64,000 nucleotides of DNA from an uncultured Clostridia bacterium (GCA_934178475.1 CAKPQH010000001.1:68128-132127); one strand, 5' to 3'; numbered from the stretch's first letter, positions 1 to 10,013 are shown. Notes: generated by a model not told the origin, from the sequence alone. Made by a program: numbers and translations.

Positions 1-139
1 CACAATCAACACCTAATTTTGATTTAGGTAAATCTCTTATATGTCCCATTGAAGCAACAACTTTTGTGCTTCCTCCCAAAAACTTTTTTATTGTATTAGC
101 TTTTGCTGGTGATTCCACTATTATTAGTTTATCTGCCAT
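1..139 (-). CDS. topA: Type IA DNA topoisomerase (TopA-like), N-terminal fragment running off the window
   Basis: Reverse complement of 1..139 translates [44 protein letters not shown], the Toprim N-terminus of TopA/Topo III ([18 protein letters not shown]). ATG at 137-139. Confidence 0.6.
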   Translation of the reverse strand, partial: MADKLIIVESPAKANTIKKFLGGSTKVVASMGHIRDLPKSKLGVDC

Positions 140-234
140 AACAAGCTCATCTCCTTTGTTTATATGTTTAAAATTATATATACATTAATAAAAAATGTCA
201 ACAAGACAAAAGAAAAAAATTGCATTTCTGCAAT

Positions 235-576
235 TTAAAAATATTTGATATTCAAGTCTTCTAAAACATCAGAAACACCAACAGGCGTTACTTCATTTCT
301 CTTTAATAGATTTAGTATATCATTAATTTTTTCTTCTCTGTTTGTAATATTTTCTATTTCTTTACTCTCAATACTTATATCTTCATCTAAATATTCTATT
401 TTTACAACTTGTATTCCGTATTTATTTCCAACATTTTCTTTGTCCTTTAATGTTTTAAAATACTCTAGCTTAATAGGATATTCAATGCCTTCGTTTTCCA
501 ACTTATCATTTTCTATGAACATCCCACCGAAAAATGTTTTCAATATATCCCCTCTCTCATTTTTACCGAACCGCAT
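235..576 (-). CDS. Hypothetical protein, 113 aa
   Basis: ORF in a coding-dense region immediately upstream of topA. No motif I recognise. Confidence 0.4.
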   Translation of the reverse strand: MRFGKNERGDILKTFFGGMFIENDKLENEGIEYPIKLEYFKTLKDKENVGNKYGIQVVKIEYLDEDISIESKEIENITNREEKINDILNLLKRNEVTPVGVSDVLEDLNIKYF

Positions 577-666
577 TCTATATTAGCATATATTTTTCAA
601 GTTTGCAATACTATTACAATCTTTTTCTATTTATTTTTTCAGTGTTTTCGACATTGTTCTACATAA

Positions 667-1182
667 TTAGTTATTCTTCATTATTTTTCCAATAAAGTGT
701 ACTATACTTGTAGAATACTTATTTGCAATCCCTTTTCCAAAAGCTTTACCACTAACTGTAAGTGAAGCTACTAATGCACTTATTACAAATTGAATATTAG
801 TAGATATTCCATATGTTTCTGCTATTTTTAAAGCTATCATTGTACTTATAGCACCACTTAAAACTCCACAAATATCACCAATAACATCTGCACAAATATT
901 AGCAACCTTACTTGAATTTTTTATTAAATTCAATGAAGCTTTAGCTCCTTTTGCCTTCTTCGTTGCTTTTGCGTGGAAGTGATTTTCATCTGCAACAGTA
1001 ACAGCTACACCAATAATATCAAAAATAATACCAATTAATATTACTAAAACAAGTATTAATACAGCTAATACTATATTTAAATTATTAATACCTTTATTTG
1101 ATATAAATGAAACTGTACCCGATAAAATAAAAGTTATAATAAATGACTCTATTACCCATTTTATATTTGATTCTTTTTTCAA
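667..1182 (-). CDS. Small polytopic membrane protein of unknown function, TTG start
   Basis: 171 aa with about 4 hydrophobic helices. Start codon TTG (caa on the + strand at 1180-1182), preceded by an AGGAGT RBS at 8 nt spacing. Confidence 0.5.
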   Translation of the reverse strand: MKKESNIKWVIESFIITFILSGTVSFISNKGINNLNIVLAVLILVLVILIGIIFDIIGVAVTVADENHFHAKATKKAKGAKASLNLIKNSSKVANICADVIGDICGVLSGAISTMIALKIAETYGISTNIQFVISALVASLTVSGKAFGKGIANKYSTSIVHFIGKIMKNN

Positions 1183-1204
1183 TTCTTTTTACTCCTATTA
1201 TTAC

Positions 1205-1242
1205 TTAAAAATATCAAAAGCCAAATATCACTATTTGGCTTA
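1205..1242 (-). terminator. Hairpin plus U-run inside the leader, just upstream of the RBS of the 667..1182 gene (possible attenuator)
   Basis: On the minus strand: AAGCCAAATA-gtga-TATTTGGCTT followed by TTGATATTTTT. It sits between a long ORF-free leader and the start codon. Confidence 0.4.
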
Positions 1243-1900
1243 TAACTATTAATTTCAGATGGTAAAACCTAAGTAAATTTTACGGTTTAGGTCTAGTTGA
1301 ATTTCTCTGTTTCCTACTATATATTACTACATAGCCGTTTCCATTTAAAAGAAACATCTAATTTATATTAGACACCAGATCGCCACTTAAATCCGTACCT
1401 TAATCCTCAAGTTTCTATGCTTTTAAAATTAAGCAAACATTCTAGAAGTTTTCCTTTAACGTATTTGATTTATTACTATTCTCTTTTGCAAAAGCAATTT
1501 CATAACCATAACCATAAAAAATGTCGGCCGATATTTTTTATAATCATATTTAAATTAATCCCAATACTTTCACTCAAGACAAGCTACACTATGCATTTCG
1601 TGTCTTGGCACTCATCATAGGTTATACTTAATAAGTTTTAATTAAGCCTCCGCGAAAACAGGGTACATATATATGCCATTATACACTTCCCTATCCTCTT
1701 TACTCCCTATACACACGCAAAACTGGCATCTTACGCATATACAAGAAACTTCATCGATGCGCTCTTTAGTGGATTTTTAGCCCCACCCTCATAATAAATA
1801 TTACGACTAGAATAATGCACCATCGATATATATTATAGCATATATTTTTATTTTTGTAAATATTTTCCAATAACAGTTATAATTAACCTGTAATAAATCA
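1243..1900 (-). promoter_or_regulatory. Long ORF-free, GC-enriched leader or possible structured RNA (unclassified)
   Basis: About 650 bp with no ORF over 67 aa. GC is visibly higher than the flanks (runs such as CCGCGAAAACAGGG and GAGGGTGGGGC). Several local hairpins. Ends in a terminator-like hairpin before a gene start. Confidence 0.25.
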
Positions 1901-1945
1901 ATTTTTTCTCATTTTCTATCTTTCAAGTTTCATTTAACATTTATT

Positions 1946-2875
1946 TTACTCTCCCAAAGAGAATACAAAATTATAATAAGTCTCCTCACCAGGACTTAAT
2001 TTTCCTTCAAAAGAACTTATATCATCTATAATATTTCCATCTTTGTCTTCCATATGAAATTTTAAATATTTAGATAAATTTCCCGTTTCATTTTTTGTTA
2101 AATTAAGCTTATATTTCATAGCTAAATTTCCAGAATTTTTAACTATAACTTTTTTTGTAATTTTATTCTCCCACATAATTTTATATTGATCTTGGTTTTT
2201 AATATCACCTAATAAATCTAATTTTAGCTTACCTGATTCTATAACTTTTTCTACATTCAATCCTGAAGTTTTATTTTCTGAACTTCTTCCACCATACTTA
2301 ACAGTAAATGCAACACTAGCACTATCTGTAAACCATACCTTTTGTATTTTATATTTTGAGCTATTATCAAAAGCTAATTTTTTAATTTCATATCCTGAAT
2401 CAACTTTAGAATTTACATCACTTGTTTGTTCACTACTATCTAATGAATTAGATTCACCTGTATCTTGAGTAGCAAGAACAGTTAATCCATACTCTATAGC
2501 GTCATTTTCATTTAAGTTAGGATATATTTTTCCTTTCCATACATCTGATGTTAAAATTTCTGATCCATCTTCTCTCATTATCCCCTTTACTCTACCATTG
2601 TCATTATACTCTACTTCTCCATAATCTTTAAAAACATCCTCTAAGTCTCCATCTGTTAACTCACCTTCGCCTAATTTATTAACTAATTTTAACTGTATTT
2701 GTTCTTTTACTGTTCCAATCTCTGAAGCTTGTTTTGCATCTACCGCCTTTTTTAATATTCCATCTTGACTTGATATCATTGATAAAGTTACCCCTGCAAG
2801 TACTAATAATACAATTATAGTTATAACAAGAGCTATTAAAGTTATACCTTTATCATATTTTAGTTCTCTTTTCAT
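1946..2875 (-). CDS. Prepilin-type N-terminal domain protein (type IV pilin or pseudopilin-like), 309 aa
   Basis: N-terminus MKRELKYDKG|ITLIALVITIIVLLVLAGV is a class III signal peptide with a hydrophobic helix after Gly. Position +5 is Ala rather than the canonical Glu. Confidence 0.5.
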   Translation of the reverse strand: MKRELKYDKGITLIALVITIIVLLVLAGVTLSMISSQDGILKKAVDAKQASEIGTVKEQIQLKLVNKLGEGELTDGDLEDVFKDYGEVEYNDNGRVKGIMREDGSEILTSDVWKGKIYPNLNENDAIEYGLTVLATQDTGESNSLDSSEQTSDVNSKVDSGYEIKKLAFDNSSKYKIQKVWFTDSASVAFTVKYGGRSSENKTSGLNVEKVIESGKLKLDLLGDIKNQDQYKIMWENKITKKVIVKNSGNLAMKYKLNLTKNETGNLSKYLKFHMEDKDGNIIDDISSFEGKLSPGEETYYNFVFSLGE

Positions 2876-3005
2876 TTTCTATTTCCTCCTTCTATCTTTT
2901 TGGGCAAAAAAACGCAAAAATAAGACTAAAACCTATTACTATTCCAGTAATAAGCTAGTCTTATTCATCATTTTTATTCCATTTACTTTATTTACTAAAT
3001 TATTG

Positions 3006-3029
3006 CTCTCTCTCTCTCTCTCTCTCTCT
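3006..3029. repeat. (CT)12 dinucleotide microsatellite in the intergenic region
   Basis: Perfect ctctctctctctctctctctctct read directly. It lies 131-154 bp upstream of the start of the pilin-like gene. Confidence 0.9.
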
Positions 3030-3318
3030 TAGAGTGTCAAGAGATACACGTTTTTCTATCTTTTGCATTTTTTCACCTCATTTATACATAAATTATTCTA
3101 TACTTATTAAACTTTTTTGTCAATATTTTTATTCAAATTCATTACTATATAAAAACAGCAGGGACTCAATCGCAAACTTCGATCAACCCCCTACTGTTCT
3201 AATTTGATAACCTTTATTCGGGTTATCGTTATTCCCCTACCAAGAGGGAATTTCATATATAAACATTGCATATGCAATGTCTTATTATATTAACATACTC
3301 TTTACATTATGTCAAATT

Positions 3319-4341
3319 CTAATCAGAATTTTTATCAATAAATTTCTTAAAGAACTCATTTTTAACTAAATTCATATCTACTTTTTCTTTAACCATGTCC
3401 TTTATTCCTTTATCTGAAAACTGCCATGCAATAGTTTTATCAGTAAGTTTTTCTTTTAATCCATCTTCTATATCCACTTCATCAATCCACTTAGAAGGCA
3501 ATTCATTACTTTTGACATAATACGCAAGCCAAAAAGAAGTATCCATTTCTGATAGATATTCACTTGCTTTCTTTGCATTACTATAAACTATTGTTTTAAC
3601 CCCATTTTCATCTAATCTATTTATTAATTCTTGTACAAGTTCTCCTCTTTTATCCCATATATCATCTGTCCTTGCCTTCGCTTCAAATTTTTCTATATCT
3701 ATGGCAAATGGAAGCACATTATTTTCAGTTGCATTCTTTTTTATAAAATCTAAAATCCATTCTTTTTCTTCTTCAATTTCTTCTAAATTTATTGCTTCAT
3801 CAATAAAATAAAAACCATATGGTACACCTAAATAGTCACATGCATCAATAAACTTTTGGTATTCGGGATCTTCATAAAAAACTCCTTTTTCTCCATATCC
3901 TCTTCCACCAGCTCTAATATATGCATAATTTATATCATTAGCAACCAAAAATCTTTCATAATCTTTTGTACTTTTTATTGTTTCATATTGAATATTAAAC
4001 TTGGAAACATCTGACATAAGAACATACTCATCAGTATCAAACTTATAATAATCCACATCTTCTGATAGTACATATCCTTTTTTATTTTCATATTTTATTT
4101 CATACCAACTTTTATTTTCTTTATCTGTAATTTCTCTTAAAATTGATACATTTTCTCCCGCTTCCAATTCTTCCTTTACTTTAGTATTTTCTTTAGCTTT
4201 TCCATATACCTTTGCTTTTTCATTTACTACTACCGCATTAATAATATTTTCCTCATATTTATCAATTGCATTAAAAACAATTATCACAAATATAAGTAAT
4301 ATCATTACAATTCCAATTTTTAATATATCTTTCTTCTCCAT
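3319..4341 (-). CDS. Membrane-anchored SH3b plus GH25-family muramidase (autolysin-like)
   Basis: N-terminal TM. SH3b-like segment KSWYEIKYENKKGYVLSEDV. GH25-like core DVSKFN..YAYIRAGGRGYGEKGVFYEDPEYQKFIDACDYLGVPYGFYFIDEA. Confidence 0.6.
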   Translation of the reverse strand: MEKKDILKIGIVMILLIFVIIVFNAIDKYEENIINAVVVNEKAKVYGKAKENTKVKEELEAGENVSILREITDKENKSWYEIKYENKKGYVLSEDVDYYKFDTDEYVLMSDVSKFNIQYETIKSTKDYERFLVANDINYAYIRAGGRGYGEKGVFYEDPEYQKFIDACDYLGVPYGFYFIDEAINLEEIEEEKEWILDFIKKNATENNVLPFAIDIEKFEAKARTDDIWDKRGELVQELINRLDENGVKTIVYSNAKKASEYLSEMDTSFWLAYYVKSNELPSKWIDEVDIEDGLKEKLTDKTIAWQFSDKGIKDMVKEKVDMNLVKNEFFKKFIDKNSD

Positions 4342-4427
4342 GTTAAGCTCTACAATCCTTTCAAAATAAAAATATTACCATATTTTACTCCCTATATAAA
4401 ACATGGTAATATTTCATAAATACTTAT

Positions 4428-4562
4428 TTAATTATTTCTATAATATTGTGCAATTAGTTCATCTAATTCTATACTTATCTTGTAAATAACATCATAATCT
4501 TCTCCATGTAATATACTATCATTTAATTTATTCCTTAAAACACAAATTTCGTCATTTAGCAT
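4428..4562 (-). CDS. Spo0E-family-like small protein, 44 aa, not in the ORF track
   Basis: The minus strand translates MLNDEICVLRNKLNDSILHGEDYDVIYKISIELDELIAQYYRNN. It carries an SxELDELI-type Spo0E motif and a GGAGAG RBS 6 nt upstream of the ATG. Confidence 0.4.
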   Translation of the reverse strand: MLNDEICVLRNKLNDSILHGEDYDVIYKISIELDELIAQYYRNN

Positions 4563-4736
4563 TTTAATCTCTCCTCCAAGTCTATACCTTTTTTGATAAA
4601 TAATATCTTTTTTCTATCACATTTGTTATTAAATTATCACATATTATTTAATTCGTCAAGTATTTTTAAAGTTTTTATAAATAATTCGTATGCCTTTATT
4701 TTACTAACTTTTACGGCATTCTACAGTAATCGACAA

Positions 4737-6014
4737 TTAGTCACTTTTAACTACAGAAAGAATCATTTTTTCATCTAAAAAATTTTCTGCCAAAATATGA
4801 CTTGTATAATCTTTTGTTACATTTGGTATTTCTTCTATATAGTCAAAACTATTAATTCCTTTCATAAAATCAGATAAAAACATTCTTGCAATATCACCAA
4901 CGTCATTATATTCTTTTACATATTCACCATAAATCATTTTCTTTATTCTTTCAAAATCTTCGTCATTTATACCTTCTTTTTTCATCTTTTGAACTTCATT
5001 TTTAAACATATCGTACACTTTATTTACATCAGTTGCACCACCTGTTAATAAAATATGTGCATAATCATCTGTAAACTCATATTCTATACTAGGCATTCCA
5101 AATATAATTCCATTTTTATATAATTCTTTATAAAAATTAGAACTTTCCCCTACTAATAAATTAAGTAGAATTTCAATAGCAATATGATTCTTTACCTTTT
5201 CCTTAATTCCGACTGGTTTACACTTAATTCCTATTGCATACAAAGGTTGACTAACATTCATTTTTTCTTCTACATAACCTTTAACAATTGTATCTTCTTC
5301 TGTTTCATAAATTCTTTTTATTTCACCTTGGTCTTTATTTTCTATTAATCTATTTTTTATTTCTTGTAGCAAATCTTCTGGTATAAAGTCCCCACAAACA
5401 ACCATACACATATTAGATGGATTATAAAAAGTTTTATAGCATTTATATAAAATGTCTTTATCTATATGACTTATAGTTTCTATTGTTCCTGTTATATCTA
5501 ATTTCACAGGATTTGAATGATACATAGCTTCTAAAGCATTTAGATACACTTTCCATTCTGGGTAATCATCATACATCATTATTTCTTGTCCAATAATACC
5601 TTTTTCCTTTTCCACATTTTCATCTGTAAAGAACGGATGTTGAACATAATCCATAAATTCATCCAAAGCTTCATAAAAATTATCTGTACATTCATATAAA
5701 TATGCTGTATGATTATTGGTCGTATAGGCATTTGCATTAACTCCAATTGCAGTTAATACATCTAAACTATTTTTACCATTTTCTTGTTCAAACATTTTAT
5801 GTTCTAAAAAATGTGCAACTCCTTTTGGAACTTCAGTAACATTTTCTTCTCCTGGAACAATAAATTTACTATCATTAGATCCATAATGTGTTCCCCATAT
5901 AATATATTTTTTCTTTATTCCTTTTTTAGGAATTATCATTACAGTCAATCCATTAGATAACTTTTCACTATATACCTTTTCCTTAATTTTTAAATTTTCA
6001 ATTATTTGCATCAT
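4737..6014 (-). CDS. M16 (pitrilysin/insulinase) family zinc peptidase, catalytic member
   Basis: Inverted zinc motif HFLEHKMF (HxxEH) near the N-terminus; 425 aa. Confidence 0.8.
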   Translation of the reverse strand: MMQIIENLKIKEKVYSEKLSNGLTVMIIPKKGIKKKYIIWGTHYGSNDSKFIVPGEENVTEVPKGVAHFLEHKMFEQENGKNSLDVLTAIGVNANAYTTNNHTAYLYECTDNFYEALDEFMDYVQHPFFTDENVEKEKGIIGQEIMMYDDYPEWKVYLNALEAMYHSNPVKLDITGTIETISHIDKDILYKCYKTFYNPSNMCMVVCGDFIPEDLLQEIKNRLIENKDQGEIKRIYETEEDTIVKGYVEEKMNVSQPLYAIGIKCKPVGIKEKVKNHIAIEILLNLLVGESSNFYKELYKNGIIFGMPSIEYEFTDDYAHILLTGGATDVNKVYDMFKNEVQKMKKEGINDEDFERIKKMIYGEYVKEYNDVGDIARMFLSDFMKGINSFDYIEEIPNVTKDYTSHILAENFLDEKMILSVVKSD

Positions 6015-7308
6015 TTTCCTCCTTATTTCTTAAGAAATAAATCGTATTTATATTAATTTTTTTTGCAATATTTATTATTTGCTCTCTATTTACATTAGAA
6101 ATTCTTTCCATATAATCTTTAAGTTCTACATTTGTTCCCAATATTTCTTGTCCTAAGAAATATGTGATTTCTGTGTCTTGTTCATCATCTATTGAATCAA
6201 TTGCTGATATTATTACTTTTTTACTATTTTCAATATCTTCATCTGTAAAAATTCCATTTCTCATATCTTCTATTTGTTCTCTTATGATCTTAAGAGCTTT
6301 TTCATAATTTGGTATTTCAATTCCTGCTACTATAAAAATGTTACTTTTATAACGAACATAACTTGAACTTGCTGTATATGCTAAGCTCGCCTTTTCTCTT
6401 ACATTTTGGAACATTTTAGAACTTGCATTTCCACCAAGTATTCCATTATACACCATAATTTGATACATTATATTTTCATCTTTTAAATCTTCTTCACTAA
6501 ATATAATATCTGTACCTATAACAATTTTTCCTTGTGTCACATCCATTTGTTCAACAATATTCTTTTCCTTTTTTTCCTCTTTTAGTTCTATTTTATTAAT
6601 GATATATTTGGCATTTCTTTCAGAAAGTTTCTTTATATTTTCATTGTTTAAAATAATGTCTTTGACATCTACATTTTCTATTTTTCCTGACACAAATATA
6701 TCTATCTTACATTCACTCAAAAGCTTTTTATAATATTCATACAAATTACTTGCATTTATTTTATCTAAATCTTCAACATATCCAAATCTATATAATCCAG
6801 CTGGCATACCTTTATACATTTCTTCAGTACAACGTTGTCTTGCATACAAAGCTTTATTATCTATCTTTCCATTTATACGTTGTCTAATATTCTCTTTTTC
6901 CTGATTTAAATATTCCTCTTTAAACTTTTCTTCATCCAACAATGGATTAAATACTATATCAGTTAAAATATTTATACCTTGTTTCAACATATTGTCATCA
7001 TTTTGTGGAATAAACTCATCATTTATAGTCTCTAAATAGAATTTCAAGATATGATTATCTCCAGTTTTGTCAATACCTGTATCAAAACTTGCCCCATACA
7101 TCTCTTCCATTTTTTTACTTATTTCTTCTTGTGTAGGAATATTTTTACTTCCTCTACGAAGAATTGCAGATAAAAGTGCATCGTAAGTAACATATTTTCT
7201 CGTAATAGGCGTAGTTAGAAATATAGCCATTAAATTTGTCTTAAATTTATCTGTATCTATTAAATGTAAAGTTATACCATTTTTTATATCTTCTTTATTA
7301 TATTTCAT
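5998..7308 (-). CDS. M16 family peptidase, non-catalytic partner subunit
   Basis: 436 aa with the M16 fold but no HxxEH motif. It overlaps the downstream catalytic paralog by 17 nt, as in YmfF/YmfH-like pairs. Confidence 0.65.
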   Translation of the reverse strand: MKYNKEDIKNGITLHLIDTDKFKTNLMAIFLTTPITRKYVTYDALLSAILRRGSKNIPTQEEISKKMEEMYGASFDTGIDKTGDNHILKFYLETINDEFIPQNDDNMLKQGINILTDIVFNPLLDEEKFKEEYLNQEKENIRQRINGKIDNKALYARQRCTEEMYKGMPAGLYRFGYVEDLDKINASNLYEYYKKLLSECKIDIFVSGKIENVDVKDIILNNENIKKLSERNAKYIINKIELKEEKKEKNIVEQMDVTQGKIVIGTDIIFSEEDLKDENIMYQIMVYNGILGGNASSKMFQNVREKASLAYTASSSYVRYKSNIFIVAGIEIPNYEKALKIIREQIEDMRNGIFTDEDIENSKKVIISAIDSIDDEQDTEITYFLGQEILGTNVELKDYMERISNVNREQIINIAKKININTIYFLRNKEENDANN

Positions 7309-7469
7309 TGTAAGTCTCCTTTCTTTATTTCTATAGTATACTACAAAATTAATTTATTATGCAATACAAGGTTTATCATAAGACAAATTATTTTTTCATT
7401 ATTTTAACAAAAAATACTAAAGCGAGAAGAATAATTTCTCCTCGCTTTTATGTATTTTAAATTTTTTAA

Positions 7470-7640
7470 TTAAAATTTTCTTTTTCTAGCTGCCTCTGAT
7501 TTTTTCTTTCTCTTAACACTAGGTTTTTCATAATGCTCTCTCTTACGTACTTCTTGAAGTACTCCGTTTCTTGCACATTGTCTTTTAAACCTTTTTAAGG
7601 CATCTTCTATATTTCCATTATTAACTTTAATTTCTGACAT
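7470..7640 (-). CDS. rpsU: 30S ribosomal protein S21
   Basis: Translates [56 protein letters not shown] (56 aa), a classic S21. GGAAGGGGGG RBS. Absent from the ORF track because it is under 60 aa. Confidence 0.85.
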   Translation of the reverse strand: MSEIKVNNGNIEDALKRFKRQCARNGVLQEVRKREHYEKPSVKRKKKSEAARKRKF

Positions 7641-7790
7641 TAATTATTCCCCCCTTCCGGTCATACACAAATGTATGTGGGATTATTTCAATAAGGAATT
7701 TTCTTCCTCTACCCGATATACAAATTATATTATACCTTATATTTATATGGGTTGTCAATAGTTATTAACGTTTTTTGATAATTTCATTAC

Positions 7791-7820
7791 ATAAAAATAA
7801 AGAGACCTAATGGTCTCCTT
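7791..7820 (-). terminator. Intrinsic terminator downstream of hup
   Basis: Minus-strand hairpin AAGGAGACC-atta-GGTCTCTT followed by a T-run (the + strand shows aaaaataa then agagacctaatggtctcctt). Confidence 0.5.
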
Positions 7821-7856
7821 ATATGAATTCATATAACAATTTATACAAATTTTAAA

Positions 7857-8132
7857 TTATTTATTAACTTCTTCTTTTAGAGCTTTACCAGCTTTGAATA
7901 CTGGAGCTTTAGAAGCAGGTATTTTTATTTCTTCCTTAGTTTGAGGATTTCTACCTTTTCTAGCTGCTCTTTTTCTAACTTCAAAAGAACCAAATCCTAC
8001 TAATTGGATTTTTTCACCTTTCTTTAATGCTTCTTTAACAACATCGATAAAAGCATTAACATTTGCTTCAGCAGATTTTTTTGTATCTCCTGTTTTTGCA
8101 GCTACTTCTGCTACTAATTCAGCCTTGTTCAT
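7857..8132 (-). CDS. hup: DNA-binding protein HU
   Basis: 91 aa [73 protein letters not shown]. Canonical HU with the arm motif. Confidence 0.9.
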   Translation of the reverse strand: MNKAELVAEVAAKTGDTKKSAEANVNAFIDVVKEALKKGEKIQLVGFGSFEVRKRAARKGRNPQTKEEIKIPASKAPVFKAGKALKEEVNK

Positions 8133-8260
8133 TTACATTACCTCCTATAAGATTTATGTTTTATGTAGTTTACATTAATGCTTATTTTTGCACTTATGCC
8201 CTACTATTTAGAATTATTCGCCAATCTTCGATAAAATCCCTCTTTTTTTTGATTTTTTTT

Positions 8261-9820
8261 TTATTTTTTAAAAATCATTATGTTTTTAGGCATGATTTTA
8301 AAAACAAATAATCCTACTAAATATATTAGCAAAGCAACTAATATTGATAGTATTGTAGCCACTTTCAAGGAAATTATACTTATTAAATTATAATAAACCA
8401 TCTTTGATATTATTATCATAATAAAAGTTAAAATAATTATTTTGAAAATCTCTACTTTTATATTTAAATTCAATCTAATACTCTTTTTTAATTCATAATA
8501 ATCTATTATGCATACAACAATATTGCATAATAAATTTCCAATAACAGCTCCTTGTATTCCTAGATACTTTAATAAAACTATATTACATATAAATTTTACA
8601 ATCATTCCCACTGTAAATGATATCATAGGTACCTTTTCTTTTCCTATTCCCTGTAAAATTCCATTAAATGTCTGAACTATTAAACTAAATAGTATAGTAA
8701 AACTACTCAGCTTAAGTAATTCCACTCCACTTGAAGCATTTGGAAATAGCAAATTTAAAACTTGCTCCGAATAAAAAAACATTCCAAATGTAGTTGGCAT
8801 TCCAATTACTATTGAAATCAAAATAAAAAAAACAGACTTTTCTTGTACTTGTTTTGAATTTCCTTTAACATTAGCTTTAGCTATTTCTGGAACCAATGCT
8901 GTTATAAATGGAATATTTAAAGACAACGGCAATAAAGTTAAAATATCCACTTTCCCACTTAATATTCCATATTGTATCTTTGCCTGTTCTTCTGTAACAA
9001 TATTCTTTAAAACTCTTACAATTGTGAAAGAATCTATATTTTTATTAAATGAAGACATTAAAGAACTAAGCGAAATTGGTATGGCTACATTTAATATATT
9101 TTTAAAATTATCCTTTATCCTTACCTTATTAACTCCTACTGATGTTTTTAGCATATTTTTTATCACCTTCATTTTTGAAAGATAACATATATATACATAT
9201 ATAAAACTAAATATAGTAGCTATTGTTGTTGCTAAATTTGCAACAGAAGCCTTTATAACAACATCGTTATAAATAATCCTTGAAATAATTTCTACAAATC
9301 CTATCGTAAAAACTGTTTTTAAAATTTGTTCTATTGTCTGTGATTTTGCTGTAATACTTAAATCTCTCATTCCATTAAAATATCCCCTAAAAACTGATGT
9401 AATAGAAACAAAAAATATTGATGGAGCTAAAAACATAAGTGAATATTTAGCTTCTGGAATTTGTATTAAAGAGTTAGATATATATTCAGCACCATAAAAC
9501 AGTAAGATACAACCTAACATTCCTAAAAATGCAAATGTAAAAAAAGAGACCTTAAATATTCTATGTGCACCTTTTGCATCACCTATAGCTAATTTTTCTG
9601 AAATTAGTTTTGATAAAGCATTAGGCACTCCTGTTGAAGAAAGTGTAAGTAATAAAGCATATATTTGAAATCCACTGCTATATATAGCATTCCCAACATC
9701 TCCGAATCCATCTTTATTTGTTAAATATAATTTATATGCTAAACCTATTATCTTAACAAATATTTGCGAAATCAATAATGCAAATATTCCTTTTAAAATA
9801 CTATTATTTTTTTTATTCAT
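8261..9820 (-). CDS. MOP-superfamily polysaccharide or lipid-linked oligosaccharide flippase (SpoVB/Wzx-like)
   Basis: 519 aa with about 14 TM helices. N-terminal KGIFALLISQIFVKIIGLAYKLYL pattern typical of SpoVB-like proteins. Confidence 0.6.
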   Translation of the reverse strand: MNKKNNSILKGIFALLISQIFVKIIGLAYKLYLTNKDGFGDVGNAIYSSGFQIYALLLTLSSTGVPNALSKLISEKLAIGDAKGAHRIFKVSFFTFAFLGMLGCILLFYGAEYISNSLIQIPEAKYSLMFLAPSIFFVSITSVFRGYFNGMRDLSITAKSQTIEQILKTVFTIGFVEIISRIIYNDVVIKASVANLATTIATIFSFIYVYICYLSKMKVIKNMLKTSVGVNKVRIKDNFKNILNVAIPISLSSLMSSFNKNIDSFTIVRVLKNIVTEEQAKIQYGILSGKVDILTLLPLSLNIPFITALVPEIAKANVKGNSKQVQEKSVFFILISIVIGMPTTFGMFFYSEQVLNLLFPNASSGVELLKLSSFTILFSLIVQTFNGILQGIGKEKVPMISFTVGMIVKFICNIVLLKYLGIQGAVIGNLLCNIVVCIIDYYELKKSIRLNLNIKVEIFKIIILTFIMIIISKMVYYNLISIISLKVATILSILVALLIYLVGLFVFKIMPKNIMIFKK

Positions 9821-10013
9821 AAAATCCTTTCTTATATCATATAATATTATGTTTACATTTTTTCTTTAAACCCCTTGACAAATTTGCTTTTTTGTTATAA
9901 AATTATTCAGTATTATAAAAAATATGTATTAAATATAGAACTTCTCCCCGGTAGTTTTATAATTTAATTATCATATATATTAAATTTAATAAAATAGGAG
10001 GGTATATTTTACC

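Noticed and set aside
1243-1900. tmRNA, RNase P RNA, SRP RNA, T-box, fluoride or purine riboswitch in the ORF-free region
   Set aside because: I searched both strands by eye for GGAAAGTCC and ACAGAA (RNase P), GGUUCGA-type T-loop and CCA-end tRNA-like domain (tmRNA), AGGGTGGNACCGCG (T-box), and GGCGATGG...TCGCC (fluoride). None was found. Left as an unclassified leader or RNA.
8063-8311. 82-aa + strand ORF overlapping hup and the upstream intergenic region
   Set aside because: Leucine/phenylalanine-rich antisense artefact opposite HU and a T-rich spacer.
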